Positions 8,846 through 18,023 of a stretch of 64,000 nucleotides of DNA are shown here, in pieces. The position numbers were made by a program, and so were the translations under genes. Origin of the DNA: an uncultured Clostridia bacterium (GTDB lineage Bacteria; Bacillota; Clostridia; Oscillospirales; QAMX01). The first letter of the stretch is position 1. Each line of letters opens with the position of its first letter. The stretch lies in assembly GCA_944376195.1 (NCBI GenBank), contig CALWBW010000002.1:10683-74682 (forward strand), in the 5' to 3' direction. The notes under the pieces are model-generated. The model saw only the letters and a program-made list of their open reading frames with translations, was not told the origin of the DNA and searched no databases.

Positions 8846-10177
8846 ATGAAACTACGCAATTGTACGGCGGCGGTTCTGCTGTTTGCCGTTTTCTGTACCC
8901 TAACCTGCGGTATTCGGGTTTCCGCGGCACGGGAGGACGAACCGCCAATTCGTTCGAACGTCGCGCTGCTGTGCGAAGCGGAAACCGGGGAAATCCTTTA
9001 TGAAAAAAACATTCATCAAAAGGCATTTCCCGCCAGTACCACCAAAATCATGACGGCGCTTTTGGCGCTTGAAAATTGTGAAATGGACGAGCCCGTCACA
9101 GTCACGCGCGACGCTTTGAATACGGTCACCCCTGGTTCCAGTATTGCCGGACTGCAAAACGGAGAAGTGCTCACCATGTATGAGATGCTCGAATGCCTGC
9201 TCGTGGCGTCCGGAAATGATGCCGCCAGTGTCATTGCCGCACATATCGGCGGTAGTGTGGAGCAATTTGTCGCAATGATGAACGAGCGTTCGGAAGAACT
9301 TGGCTGCACAGGCACCCATTATACAAATCCCTCCGGGCTTCATGACGAAAATCACTATACCACGGCGGAGGATCTTTTCAAGGTCACGCAGGAAGCCATG
9401 AAACATCAGGAATTCATGGATATCGTGGGCAGCGCGCAGGTAGTCATTCCGGAAACCAACAAAGTGGATCATCCCCGGTATTTTAACAATACCAATCAGC
9501 TGATTTCCCAGGCTGTTACCAGCGAAAACCTTTACAGCAAAGCTACCGGTATTAAAACCGGCCATACGACGCCGGCCGGTTACTGTCTGGTTTCTTCCGC
9601 AGAAGATCAAGATTGCACACTGATCGCGGTCGTTTTGGGTGGTTATATTGACGAGGATACCGGCCGTAACTACAGTTATGTCGATTCCATCAACCTGTTT
9701 TTGTGGGGGTTTTCCCATTTCAGTTACCGGACCATCGTCAGTTCTTCCGACCTGGTCACAGAATTGGAAATCAGCCTTGCCCGGGAACAGGATTTTGTTA
9801 TCCTCCGTGCTGCAGAGGACGTCACCGCGTTTTTGCACGAGGACGACGATTTGGACGAACTGTTCACGAAATCCATTTCTGTGCGGGAAAACATCACCGC
9901 GCCGGTGGAAAGCGGCGAAGTGTTAGGAACGATGACGATTTTACGGGGAACGGAAGTCTACGCGCGCGTAGATCTGGTGGCCATGAACACGGTGGAACGT
10001 TCGGAGGGCCTTTACTATTTCGAGCAGATTAGCGCTTTTTTTGCAAAACCCGGCGTTCGGGCGCTTGTCGCACTTTTGTTTGCCGCTTTACTCCTCTATA
10101 TCGCGTTTGTCATTATCTATAACAAACGCCGTCGGAATATTAACCGGCGCAAACGGAAGCGCGGGCTGGATGATTGA
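8846..10177 (+). CDS. D-alanyl-D-alanine carboxypeptidase (PBP5/S11 family) with a C-terminal membrane anchor
   Basis: It has the SxxK motif (PASTTKIMT), the SxN motif (ASGND) and the KTG motif (IKTGHT), a signal peptide, and a C-terminal hydrophobic helix with a basic tail. A GGAAGGAG RBS lies 5 nt before the ATG at 8846. Confidence 0.85.
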   Translation: MKLRNCTAAVLLFAVFCTLTCGIRVSAAREDEPPIRSNVALLCEAETGEILYEKNIHQKAFPASTTKIMTALLALENCEMDEPVTVTRDALNTVTPGSSIAGLQNGEVLTMYEMLECLLVASGNDAASVIAAHIGGSVEQFVAMMNERSEELGCTGTHYTNPSGLHDENHYTTAEDLFKVTQEAMKHQEFMDIVGSAQVVIPETNKVDHPRYFNNTNQLISQAVTSENLYSKATGIKTGHTTPAGYCLVSSAEDQDCTLIAVVLGGYIDEDTGRNYSYVDSINLFLWGFSHFSYRTIVSSSDLVTELEISLAREQDFVILRAAEDVTAFLHEDDDLDELFTKSISVRENITAPVESGEVLGTMTILRGTEVYARVDLVAMNTVERSEGLYYFEQISAFFAKPGVRALVALLFAALLLYIAFVIIYNKRRRNINRRKRKRGLDD

Positions 10178-10217
10178 ACTTCTTTTTTAAGTAAAACCGC
10201 AAAAAATGAAAAAGTCC

Positions 10218-10246
10218 TTGCAAATTTCACACGATTGTGTTATAGT
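10218..10246 (+). promoter_or_regulatory. Candidate sigma-A promoter of secG (TTGCAA-17-TATAGT)
   Basis: The hexamers lie at 10218-10223 and 10241-10246, with a 17-nt spacer. Confidence 0.55.
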
Positions 10247-10287
10247 ATAACGTACTTATGTAAAAGCAGGGTGGGTGTACAGAGTCA

Positions 10288-10527
10288 ATGGAAACTTTAA
10301 ATGTTATTATTAGTGTGATTCAGGTTATTTTGGCCGTTGCCGTTACGTTTTTGGTCCTGTTGCAGCAGGGAAAACGTGCCGGTTTGTCCGGTGCTATCGC
10401 CGGCGGCGCGGAAACGTTCTTTGGGAAAAATAAGGCAAGCTCTATGGACGCGCTTTTGAGCCGTCTGACGGTCATCCTTTCTATCCTTCTGGTGATCTCT
10501 ACGTTTGCCTTAAATCTTGTTCGCTGA
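10288..10527 (+). CDS. secG: Preprotein translocase subunit SecG
   Basis: The 79-aa protein has two TM segments. LLQQGKRAGLSGAIAGGAETFFG is the SecG signature. Confidence 0.9.
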   Translation: METLNVIISVIQVILAVAVTFLVLLQQGKRAGLSGAIAGGAETFFGKNKASSMDALLSRLTVILSILLVISTFALNLVR

Positions 10528-10547
10528 TTTTTTATCGTGGTATGCAT

Positions 10548-10588
10548 AAAGCCGTCCGTCCGCAAACGATGCGGACGGACGGCTTTTT
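10548..10588. terminator. Rho-independent terminator after secG, also the 3' boundary of the phage-like operon
   Basis: A 16-bp stem (aaagccgtccgtccgc/gcggacggacggcttt) is followed by a T-run on the plus strand. Confidence 0.85.
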
Positions 10589-10606
10589 ATTCGTAGAACC
10601 AGCCTT

Positions 10607-10753
10607 TCAGGCTCGTCTCCACATGCCTTTTTCATAGAAATCCCCCACGCCGAAACCATCCGGAAGAGGAACTAACCCCATTTGTCCGGCAAACTCCGCG
10701 TCGGAAACCACAATATTTACACAAACGCCGTCTCGTATCACAGCATATCTCAT
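10607..10753 (-). CDS. Small hypothetical protein (48 aa), last gene of the phage-like operon
   Basis: The ATG at 10753 is preceded by a GGAGGA RBS (MRYAVIRDGVCVNIVVSDAEFAGQMGLVPLPDGFGVGDFYEKGMWRRA*). It is below the ORF-track size cutoff and was found by reading the strand. Confidence 0.5.
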   Translation of the reverse strand: MRYAVIRDGVCVNIVVSDAEFAGQMGLVPLPDGFGVGDFYEKGMWRRA

Positions 10754-10762
10754 ACTATCCTC

Positions 10763-12061
10763 CTATGACTGCGGCATGGCCAGCGGTGCAAACCATTCAA
10801 TCAGCGCATAGCCGTTCCCACCGTTTCCTCCATTGTGCACGCCGGTAAATTGGCCGTTTGACCGCGGCGTATCGCTATCGATATACGGTGCGCTTCCGCC
10901 GCCGCCGCCACAGCCATAACCCTTTGCATGCCCCGCATGGAGTGGCGTACCGGCAAGATGATAGCTGCGGATGAATTGTCCGCCCTCTCCGCCGCCCATT
11001 TGGCCGTGTCCTGCCTCGATTGTAATATTTCCGCCCTGGGCAGAAATTTCGTTCTCTGAAATTTCCAGGGAATTGCGGCTTCCGGGGAAATATCCCGCCC
11101 CGGATCCGCCGCCTAACAGCGTGGTCTGGGAACTGGGCAGCCATGCAGCAATATAACAGCCAAATTCACAGCCTTTGACCCTTTGAGAAGTTTCCAGTAT
11201 AAGTTCCGTGCCCAATTGTAAGGACGTCTCGCCGCCTGGCGCTTCAAACCCATCGCAGGAACTAAACGTCGGCACCTTATCGCTGCCGCTCCCAGCCTGT
11301 TTCATCACATAGGCATGACCGGTCCGGCCCTGTCCTCCTGCGCCAATGACCAGCGTATACACTTCCGATTGATACAGCGCGATTCGTTTGGTGACGGGCA
11401 CAGAGGCGTCGCCCCCGGCCCCCGAAAAGAATACACGCGTAAAATTCGAATTGGTGTTGAGCGACGAGTCATAGACTCCGAATCCGCTTCCGCCTCCACC
11501 GCCGCCTCCCATTAGCGTAACGGTGTAAATCCCGTCGTATGGCGGCGACCAGGTACACGACTGCGTAATCAAGACTTTTTGACAAAAATCTCCCATTCCC
11601 GACGCCAGTTTCTCACTGGTCACCGCGCCGTCGGCAAGCTTACCGGCAGTTACGCAACCATCCTGTAACTTTTCCGTCGACACAGCTCCTGTGGCCAGTT
11701 TCCCGTTCGTCACAACACCGTCGCGTAATTTTACCGTCTCAATGGAATCGTCGGGAATTGCTCCCACAGCCGTCTCATCAAGCAACTGTTTTAAGGATGA
11801 AAGCTGCTGCGCAACATTTTCTCCCGTCACACCCTCGATTTTCACCGCGCCAATATAATGTGCGCCGGAATTTTCTGCTTCCACCGCGCGCAGACGTGCC
11901 TGTAAAGCGTTGATATGGTCCCGAAGCTGATCAGAAACGCCCTGAATCTGCCCGCGGATTGCCTCCTCGCTTTCCGGTTCCGTCGGAGAATACGCGCGAT
12001 CGCGCAATCCGTCCGGCGGAGAAAACGCAAAATCCGTAAAAGACAGGGGTTCGTTTGGCAT
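10763..12061 (-). CDS. Tail-fibre-like protein with a coiled-coil N-terminus, decapeptide repeats and a glycine-rich C-terminal domain
   Basis: It contains the repeats [48 protein letters not shown], then [13 protein letters not shown] and further Gly-rich blocks. An AAGGAGGG RBS lies 7 nt before the ATG at 12061. An alternative ATG at 12079 overlaps the upstream stop. Confidence 0.65.
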   Translation of the reverse strand: MPNEPLSFTDFAFSPPDGLRDRAYSPTEPESEEAIRGQIQGVSDQLRDHINALQARLRAVEAENSGAHYIGAVKIEGVTGENVAQQLSSLKQLLDETAVGAIPDDSIETVKLRDGVVTNGKLATGAVSTEKLQDGCVTAGKLADGAVTSEKLASGMGDFCQKVLITQSCTWSPPYDGIYTVTLMGGGGGGGSGFGVYDSSLNTNSNFTRVFFSGAGGDASVPVTKRIALYQSEVYTLVIGAGGQGRTGHAYVMKQAGSGSDKVPTFSSCDGFEAPGGETSLQLGTELILETSQRVKGCEFGCYIAAWLPSSQTTLLGGGSGAGYFPGSRNSLEISENEISAQGGNITIEAGHGQMGGGEGGQFIRSYHLAGTPLHAGHAKGYGCGGGGGSAPYIDSDTPRSNGQFTGVHNGGNGGNGYALIEWFAPLAMPQS

Positions 12062-12075
12062 ACTACCGCCCTCCT

Positions 12076-13935
12076 TCATTTTAACTTGTATTCAAATTGA
12101 TATTGAATGGCCATGTCGGCCAACGACAAATCGCACGCGCCGGCGTCGCTTCTCAGTTCTACGGAAAAAAACAGGACTCGTCTCCTTTTCGGCCTTCTTG
12201 TAAATGTACGGAAATATCCCGGGATATCCCAGGTAAAATTCCCCCAGTGAAACAGCCGCCAACTGAAGCTGGATACCTGGATATTCACTGGTTCCGCACG
12301 AGAGACATCGCTTTTCTTTCCGTCGAAGAGATAAAACACCGCCATATCCACAGGAACGGCGCCCCGGCAGACAAACCAGATCCGTTCCAGTGTTTTATAC
12401 CAGTTCGGTCTCCCAAAATCCAGCGCCGCACTGCGCCAGCGGGCGGGAATTGCCTCGCCAAAATCCTGAAATTGCCGACCAAACTGGATAATGGCGTCCG
12501 TTTCCTCCCCCGCAGGTTCCCGCCGTGCATAATATAATGTATTCTGATACGGCAGCCATGCGGCGGCCGAAATATTTTCAAAGTAGTACCAGGCAAGCCG
12601 CCGCAGGGCGTCTTCACTCGTACTGTTCTGCACCGGCCGCGCCACGTTGTCCCAGAGGTAAACGTGGTTTCCTACGCTCAGCCAGTACCGGCCTTCAAAA
12701 CAGCAGGCGGAAGCCTCCGTCATCGCTTCCCGCGATTCCGCCAGCAGCATCGGGTTAATGTTCCGGCTTACGGCCAGTACATTTCGCTCGTTTTCCAGGC
12801 TGGTCGATGTAATCAGACAAATTCCCTGCTCGGTATTGGCAAACACAATTCGGTTATCCATGTTGCAAATGCTGCCTGGCATATCACAACCCACTACGGG
12901 ACTTAAAATGGAAGCCCTCAATTGTGTCGAACCGGATACGTAACTATAACTCACCGTCGCAATTTCGTGTTCCTTAAAAACCGCCAACAAGTCGTACTGC
13001 CGGCCAAATCCCGTAATATTCTCCTCATTCCCAATCGGAAGCCGGTTTTCTGCCGGAAAATAAGTCGGCAGATACGGTTCGGAATAATAAAGGACGTTCG
13101 TACCGTTTCCGCCCAGAATCACACGGCTGTCCCCCGCATAGACAATGGCATGACGGCAGGAGAGAAGTTCACTTCCGGAAACCGGCGACGTTCCGGTCAA
13201 TGTGAACACGACATTGTCCACGCCTGCCGCGGGCGCGGCGCTGAAGGTTGCAGTCCTGTTGGTACGGTTCACGCTGAACCCACTGTTTTCCACCAGTTCT
13301 ACCCCATCCACTACCGCCGTAATGACCTCGCTGGAAATCTCATATCCAGCCGGGAACGTATACACCGTGCTGCTCCCATCTCCGGAGAAGGAAATTCGAT
13401 ACCGGTTTGTCAACACGTTATTCCGTCCGCGCACTGTGCCTTCACTGCTGCCGGACGGCGAGCGCCCGGCAAGCACAATCGGGATGTAGGGCGTTACCGC
13501 CTGAAACATACCGCCGTCCGAAACCAGAAAATCCGTACCGTTTAAAAAATACACCGAATCCCCATAACGAAAGAAGGTACCTGCCGGCACAGGATCCGCG
13601 CCCTGCAACGTTCCCACTTCTTCAAAGATACCGGTTTCCAACCGCATCCGGTACAGGTTTGCACCGCATTGCAGCACAGCATTGCCCTTGCCGTCTGTAA
13701 TTGCCGCTGTAATGCCTTTGTTCAGATTCAGCGCTCCCACGACGCGCTGCCCCCAGCGTTTTGTGATGGTCCCTTCGTAAAACCAGACATTACAGCAATC
13801 CGGCGATTGCGATGGATCCAGCGTATGCGGCAAATCTTCCGCGTTTAATCCACCGTCAATCCGCCCGTCCGAACCGCCCAACCGCAGCTCATAGGTCTCC
13901 CGTTTTGAAAAAACCGGGGAAAAACGAAGATGCAT
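12076..13935 (-). CDS. Large phage structural protein (619 aa; putative tail/nozzle or particle-stabilisation protein)
   Basis: It lies between the capsid-proximal gene and the fibre gene. It is rich in beta-type repeats (..[11 protein letters not shown].., ..[13 protein letters not shown].., ..[13 protein letters not shown]..). The ATG at 13935 follows a GGAGGACGGAGGGG stretch. Confidence 0.5.
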   Translation of the reverse strand: MHLRFSPVFSKRETYELRLGGSDGRIDGGLNAEDLPHTLDPSQSPDCCNVWFYEGTITKRWGQRVVGALNLNKGITAAITDGKGNAVLQCGANLYRMRLETGIFEEVGTLQGADPVPAGTFFRYGDSVYFLNGTDFLVSDGGMFQAVTPYIPIVLAGRSPSGSSEGTVRGRNNVLTNRYRISFSGDGSSTVYTFPAGYEISSEVITAVVDGVELVENSGFSVNRTNRTATFSAAPAAGVDNVVFTLTGTSPVSGSELLSCRHAIVYAGDSRVILGGNGTNVLYYSEPYLPTYFPAENRLPIGNEENITGFGRQYDLLAVFKEHEIATVSYSYVSGSTQLRASILSPVVGCDMPGSICNMDNRIVFANTEQGICLITSTSLENERNVLAVSRNINPMLLAESREAMTEASACCFEGRYWLSVGNHVYLWDNVARPVQNSTSEDALRRLAWYYFENISAAAWLPYQNTLYYARREPAGEETDAIIQFGRQFQDFGEAIPARWRSAALDFGRPNWYKTLERIWFVCRGAVPVDMAVFYLFDGKKSDVSRAEPVNIQVSSFSWRLFHWGNFTWDIPGYFRTFTRRPKRRRVLFFSVELRSDAGACDLSLADMAIQYQFEYKLK

Positions 13936-13936
13936 T

Positions 13937-14845
13937 CTATCCCCTCCGTCCTCCAAATAACGTATTGTGGATGCGCAGGCTGCCGCCGCGCTCCAGCACA
14001 GAGACCTTGTCCGCATACAGATTGAAAAAAAGCTGGGAGAGGTTCACGTCTTCGTCCGTTAAAAGGATCGCGGCGACGTAATAGGGAATCGCCTCTGCCG
14101 CCTCTTCCGGCACGCCGAGCGTCATCGTTTCCGCACTGTCTTCCCCGATTGTTTGGGGATACACGGTATAAATCAGTTCCACCGCGCCGTCAAATTCCCA
14201 AGGGAACCCAATTTTCCCTTCTTCCAATGTGTAAAATCCCGCGCTTCCCCGCGTTACAAAGCGAAACGAAGGCTTCACGGACTGCACGCCTCCAAAATCT
14301 GCGGGAAGCGGATGAAACCGCCTCGTGTCCAGCAGGGGGATTTCCTCATACGGAGGAAACTCCCGATAAAGACCTACCGCCGCAACATAGGCGCCCTCCG
14401 ATTCCAATACCAGACGCATGGGAATTTCTTCGGCGGGCCGTGTGTCCAGCTCTCCGTGCACACACTCCAGCCGCCCGTTTCCCATATAGCCGACAGCCAG
14501 CATCTCCTGCCACGCGCCGTCGGTATTCCGCTCCAGGATCGCTGTCAAATCTCCGTCGCACAACAGGGAAAACGCCGACGCACCCTCTGCCGACAAAACC
14601 ATGCGGCCCTTGAGCAGGTGCATTCCCGCGCGGGAATCCAGTGGGCGCAGCGCATGCTGCGTATAGGTCACGCGGCGCAGCAGAGGAAACCGTTTGGCCA
14701 GTTCCTTCTGTGCGGTATCCACAGCACTTTTAGCACGGGATGCATCGTCCAGAAACGTGGGGTCTGCGGCTGTAATCGGATCTCCGGAAACGCTGTAGTA
14801 ATTGATGAGCTTCCGTGTTTTCTCCAGGCATTCGCCCAATGTCAT
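13937..14845 (-). CDS. Phage structural protein (302 aa; putative head-tail adaptor/neck)
   Basis: An AGGAGG RBS precedes the ATG at 14845. It lies immediately downstream of the capsid gene. The function is assigned from position only. Confidence 0.4.
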   Translation of the reverse strand: MTLGECLEKTRKLINYYSVSGDPITAADPTFLDDASRAKSAVDTAQKELAKRFPLLRRVTYTQHALRPLDSRAGMHLLKGRMVLSAEGASAFSLLCDGDLTAILERNTDGAWQEMLAVGYMGNGRLECVHGELDTRPAEEIPMRLVLESEGAYVAAVGLYREFPPYEEIPLLDTRRFHPLPADFGGVQSVKPSFRFVTRGSAGFYTLEEGKIGFPWEFDGAVELIYTVYPQTIGEDSAETMTLGVPEEAAEAIPYYVAAILLTDEDVNLSQLFFNLYADKVSVLERGGSLRIHNTLFGGRRG

Positions 14846-14864
14846 AGCACACCTCCTGTAAGGA

Positions 14865-14895
14865 TTTCCCCGTCCGGCTGGACCGGACGGGGAAA
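14865..14895 (-). other. 13-bp GC-rich stem-loop directly after the capsid gene stop
   Basis: The hairpin tttccccgtccgg-ctgga-ccggacggggaaa has no T-run after it on the minus strand. Confidence 0.6.
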
Positions 14896-14903
14896 GTCCC
14901 CGC

Positions 14904-15869
14904 TTACGCGGGATTTGAAAAAATGATGGGTCTTGCGTCCGTCCAGCCAACGCCGAAATCCACATACGGTACAACGCGTGCAATCAGCGGATTATCCAGT
15001 GCCGCGCGAATCACCGTCGGACGGCTGATGTAAATAACCTTTGCGCATTCCCGCAAAAGGCTCGCGTCCGCAACCGCCCACTGCTTTGCCGTGAACCCCA
15101 CGTCTCCGCCGCCGATGACCATATACTGCATCCCGCAAACCGGGTTTGCAGCATTGTTGGCATTGTCCGGATTCAGCTGCGGGGACATTTTTGCCTGCGG
15201 GCCACAAATTTCACGTGCCTTGCCTTCCAGCTCCGGGGAGACAAGCAGGATGCCGTTTGAGAAATAATCGGTCAAAAACGGGAGGCCGTCCGGCGTCACA
15301 AACCGGTTTGCCATAATATTGGCGTTTGTAATGGCGGATACGGAGAGCTCCTCCGTAATCAGGTTCGAATACGTGCCGGCTTCCGCATCGGCAATTGCCA
15401 CACCTTCTTCGTCGTGATCCGACGCAATCGGATGATCGGTTGCCGCCCAGGGCTTACCGTCGCCGCCAAGCACTTCTGCGTTAAACGCACTGCCAAACAT
15501 CCGCAGCACGCCCATATAAACGCTCATAGCAGCGGAGTACGCCGCACGGCGGCCGGCACTTCTCGCCTCTCCGGACTTGTCAATCTTTGCGTATTTATAA
15601 TCAATATCAATGGACCCAGCCTTCTGTACCGGCCGAATTACGGTTACAAAACCGCGGCGCTGATCCATATTGTGCAGTTCTCCCGTGTATTCGGGCAGTT
15701 CTCCATAACCGCCCATTCCCTCGACACGATACTCCGCCGAACGGGAATCCACTTCGGAAACGATTTTGCGCAGAGCGCCGATGCGGTTGCGGTATTCGTA
15801 GTCAAACACCTTATCAATCAGGGGGTACAGGTCATTTTTCCAGGCATTGTTAATGTTGGTTACAGCCAT
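14904..15869 (-). CDS. Putative major capsid protein (321 aa)
   Basis: It follows the scaffold-like gene and has a GAGGAGGAC RBS. Size and composition fit a major head subunit. The segment SAEYRVEGMGGYGELPEYTGE..IDIDYKYAKIDKSGE resembles the Mu GpT / HK97-type head subunit pattern as I remember it. Confidence 0.6.
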   Translation of the reverse strand: MAVTNINNAWKNDLYPLIDKVFDYEYRNRIGALRKIVSEVDSRSAEYRVEGMGGYGELPEYTGELHNMDQRRGFVTVIRPVQKAGSIDIDYKYAKIDKSGEARSAGRRAAYSAAMSVYMGVLRMFGSAFNAEVLGGDGKPWAATDHPIASDHDEEGVAIADAEAGTYSNLITEELSVSAITNANIMANRFVTPDGLPFLTDYFSNGILLVSPELEGKAREICGPQAKMSPQLNPDNANNAANPVCGMQYMVIGGGDVGFTAKQWAVADASLLRECAKVIYISRPTVIRAALDNPLIARVVPYVDFGVGWTDARPIIFSNPA

Positions 15870-15907
15870 TGTTCGTCCTCCTCACAAATTTCACTGATCC
15901 GGTGCCG

Positions 15908-16336
15908 TCAGCCTTTCAAGGCGGCGGCATATTCTTTCGCGGTCATCGCATATTCGGGATGTTCGCGGTTCCACTCACTTAAAAACAGATTTTGTGCGTC
16001 GGTCAATCCCGCAGAGGAAGCGCTTGTGCGTGCGCTGCCGCTTCCGGTGGCACGATTCGTGCGCGCACGGTATTTCTCCGTCAATTTCCGTTCCACCGCC
16101 TCGCAAAACGTCAGATAATCCCCATAGATCGTCGTCAAATCCAGCGTTTTCCCCCTGGCAAACAACACAAACTGCGTATCGGTGCAGAGCGTTTCCAGCT
16201 CCACATCCGGATACTCCCTCTGGAATTCTTCGATTTCAACCGTCAGCTCTTCCTGCGGCACATCCGGGAAAAGTGCCGCCAGCTTGAAATGCGCGTCCAA
16301 ACCGGTTCCGCTTTCATATTTTCTTTCTTCTTCCAT
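15908..16336 (-). CDS. Scaffold-like acidic protein (142 aa)
   Basis: It lies between the portal and capsid genes. It has an acidic, helix-prone N-terminal half and a Ser/Thr/Gly linker. The function is assigned from position only. Confidence 0.4.
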   Translation of the reverse strand: MEEERKYESGTGLDAHFKLAALFPDVPQEELTVEIEEFQREYPDVELETLCTDTQFVLFARGKTLDLTTIYGDYLTFCEAVERKLTEKYRARTNRATGSGSARTSASSAGLTDAQNLFLSEWNREHPEYAMTAKEYAAALKG

Positions 16337-16339
16337 ACT

Positions 16340-18004
16340 TCAGTCCTCCTGTCCTTCCTGTATTTCCGGTGCCGAACCGCCGGCATCCTGCGCAGATACC
16401 TGCGTTTCCTGCTCTTTTTCGGTTTCTTCCGCGAAAATAGACTCAAAATGCTCTTCGATTTCTCCTGCACGTTCCAGTCCCAAAAGACGCAGGACATCCA
16501 TCACCAGCGGATAATTCTCACGCGTCACCTGGTGTCCCAGAAGTGCGTCGATCGCACTCAGCGTAAATGTATTGCTTTGACGCATCCCGTCGTTTGTACT
16601 GACGTAAGCGTCCACGACCGGGAAATACCCCTGTTCATCCAGAAAATGATTGGCGTTAAACGTAAACACCTTCGGCTCTTTGCCATTCGCAGCGCCTAAG
16701 AAAATCACACGGTCTTCGTCATAAAATTCCAGCGCCGTCCAGTCAATCAACGTATAAAGTCTTGCAAATGCGTTGATACGTTCGCTTTTTTTCGGAACAC
16801 TGCGCGCGTCGCTGCGTTCAATCAACTGAGAAAGCGCCGCAGCCGACGTCAAGCTGGTCTCAATAATTCCCTTGTCGATATCCAACGTCCCCAACGTCTC
16901 GGAAATCATCTCCCGCAATTTTGCGGTCATCTCCAAATGCGAGGAATTGCCGCCAAAACCGCCCAGACGCGCCACCTTTCCCATTGCGCCGGGTTTCAAA
17001 CGCCAAAGCGCGCCCGGCCGGTTCTCCGGTTCTTCGGAAAATGCATCGTGCTCCGCCAGGATGATATCGTTCCCCAGAAACGCGCTGGAAAGTTGGGCAA
17101 TACTCAGTTCCCGATCCACCGCATCCACCAGCGTAAGAATCGGTTCAATATCACCGGAGCCCCAGAAGCGATCCGGATCAGATACCCGGTACTGGATCAC
17201 AAATGGGTAACTGGTATTATAAGGAGCCGTGCGCTGCCAGTATTTTTCAATCTGACGAAGCTCATATCCGCCCGCTTGAATACTGCAGCAAATATCGCCG
17301 TCTGCATCACGGTACCAGTGTTCCAGTACGGAAATCACGTCGTCCTGTGCCGTATACGTCTCCGGATCCGGCACTTCATCGGAAGTAAGTCCACGCGTCA
17401 ATTCGTCCATATCCAGGCCAAGACGCTTCAGCTCCCCACCATACTGCCTTTCAAACGCACGCCGGTGCATCGGATACAAAAATTGCAGATACTCGCATTC
17501 ATCCAGCCGTTTTGCGGCGGGATCCGGGTACAAAAGCCGCGGATCCACCGGTACGACGCGGACGTCTCCGCCCCCGCCCATATCGTCCCAGTAAACCTTC
17601 CAGGCGGAACTGCCCGTAATCAGACAGCGGCGGTCGTTTGCCGCCATTTCATCGGCCACGCGGTTGCGGGCGAGAATATAGCGCACTACATCCTCCCTCT
17701 GCCGCGCACGAACGCTGTCCAGGTCATCGTCCCGGCCTCGGAATTCAAAATCCGGCAGTTCCGAGGTGATCTGGCTCTCCACCTGCAAGTAGGGGTCGGG
17801 CGACATAGCGGCAATCCAGGGAATCCCCGCGTCACGGCAGCTCTCCGCAATTTCCAGCTGTGTGCGATGGCGGCCCGCGTAGTAGTCATAGCACAGACGC
17901 CACCGTTCATCGGCCTCGGCGCGATAATTTCTCGCATACGTATGGAGGAACTGCGCTGTCCTGACTCGCGCCGCAGGCGACTGATAATCATAAATTGCGT
18001 TCAT
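16340..18004 (-). CDS. Phage portal protein (554 aa)
   Basis: It lies immediately after the large terminase. Its size and acidic C-terminal tail (EETEKEQETQ..EIQEGQED) fit a portal. An AAAAGGAG RBS precedes the ATG at 18004. Confidence 0.65.
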   Translation of the reverse strand: MNAIYDYQSPAARVRTAQFLHTYARNYRAEADERWRLCYDYYAGRHRTQLEIAESCRDAGIPWIAAMSPDPYLQVESQITSELPDFEFRGRDDDLDSVRARQREDVVRYILARNRVADEMAANDRRCLITGSSAWKVYWDDMGGGGDVRVVPVDPRLLYPDPAAKRLDECEYLQFLYPMHRRAFERQYGGELKRLGLDMDELTRGLTSDEVPDPETYTAQDDVISVLEHWYRDADGDICCSIQAGGYELRQIEKYWQRTAPYNTSYPFVIQYRVSDPDRFWGSGDIEPILTLVDAVDRELSIAQLSSAFLGNDIILAEHDAFSEEPENRPGALWRLKPGAMGKVARLGGFGGNSSHLEMTAKLREMISETLGTLDIDKGIIETSLTSAAALSQLIERSDARSVPKKSERINAFARLYTLIDWTALEFYDEDRVIFLGAANGKEPKVFTFNANHFLDEQGYFPVVDAYVSTNDGMRQSNTFTLSAIDALLGHQVTRENYPLVMDVLRLLGLERAGEIEEHFESIFAEETEKEQETQVSAQDAGGSAPEIQEGQED

Positions 18005-18023
18005 ATCATTCTCCTTTTCTGCT

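Noticed and set aside
8550-9026. A 158-aa minus-strand ORF spans the divergent promoter region and the carboxypeptidase 5' end.
   Set aside because: It runs through the intergenic promoter region antisense to the PBP5-type gene and has no recognisable domain.
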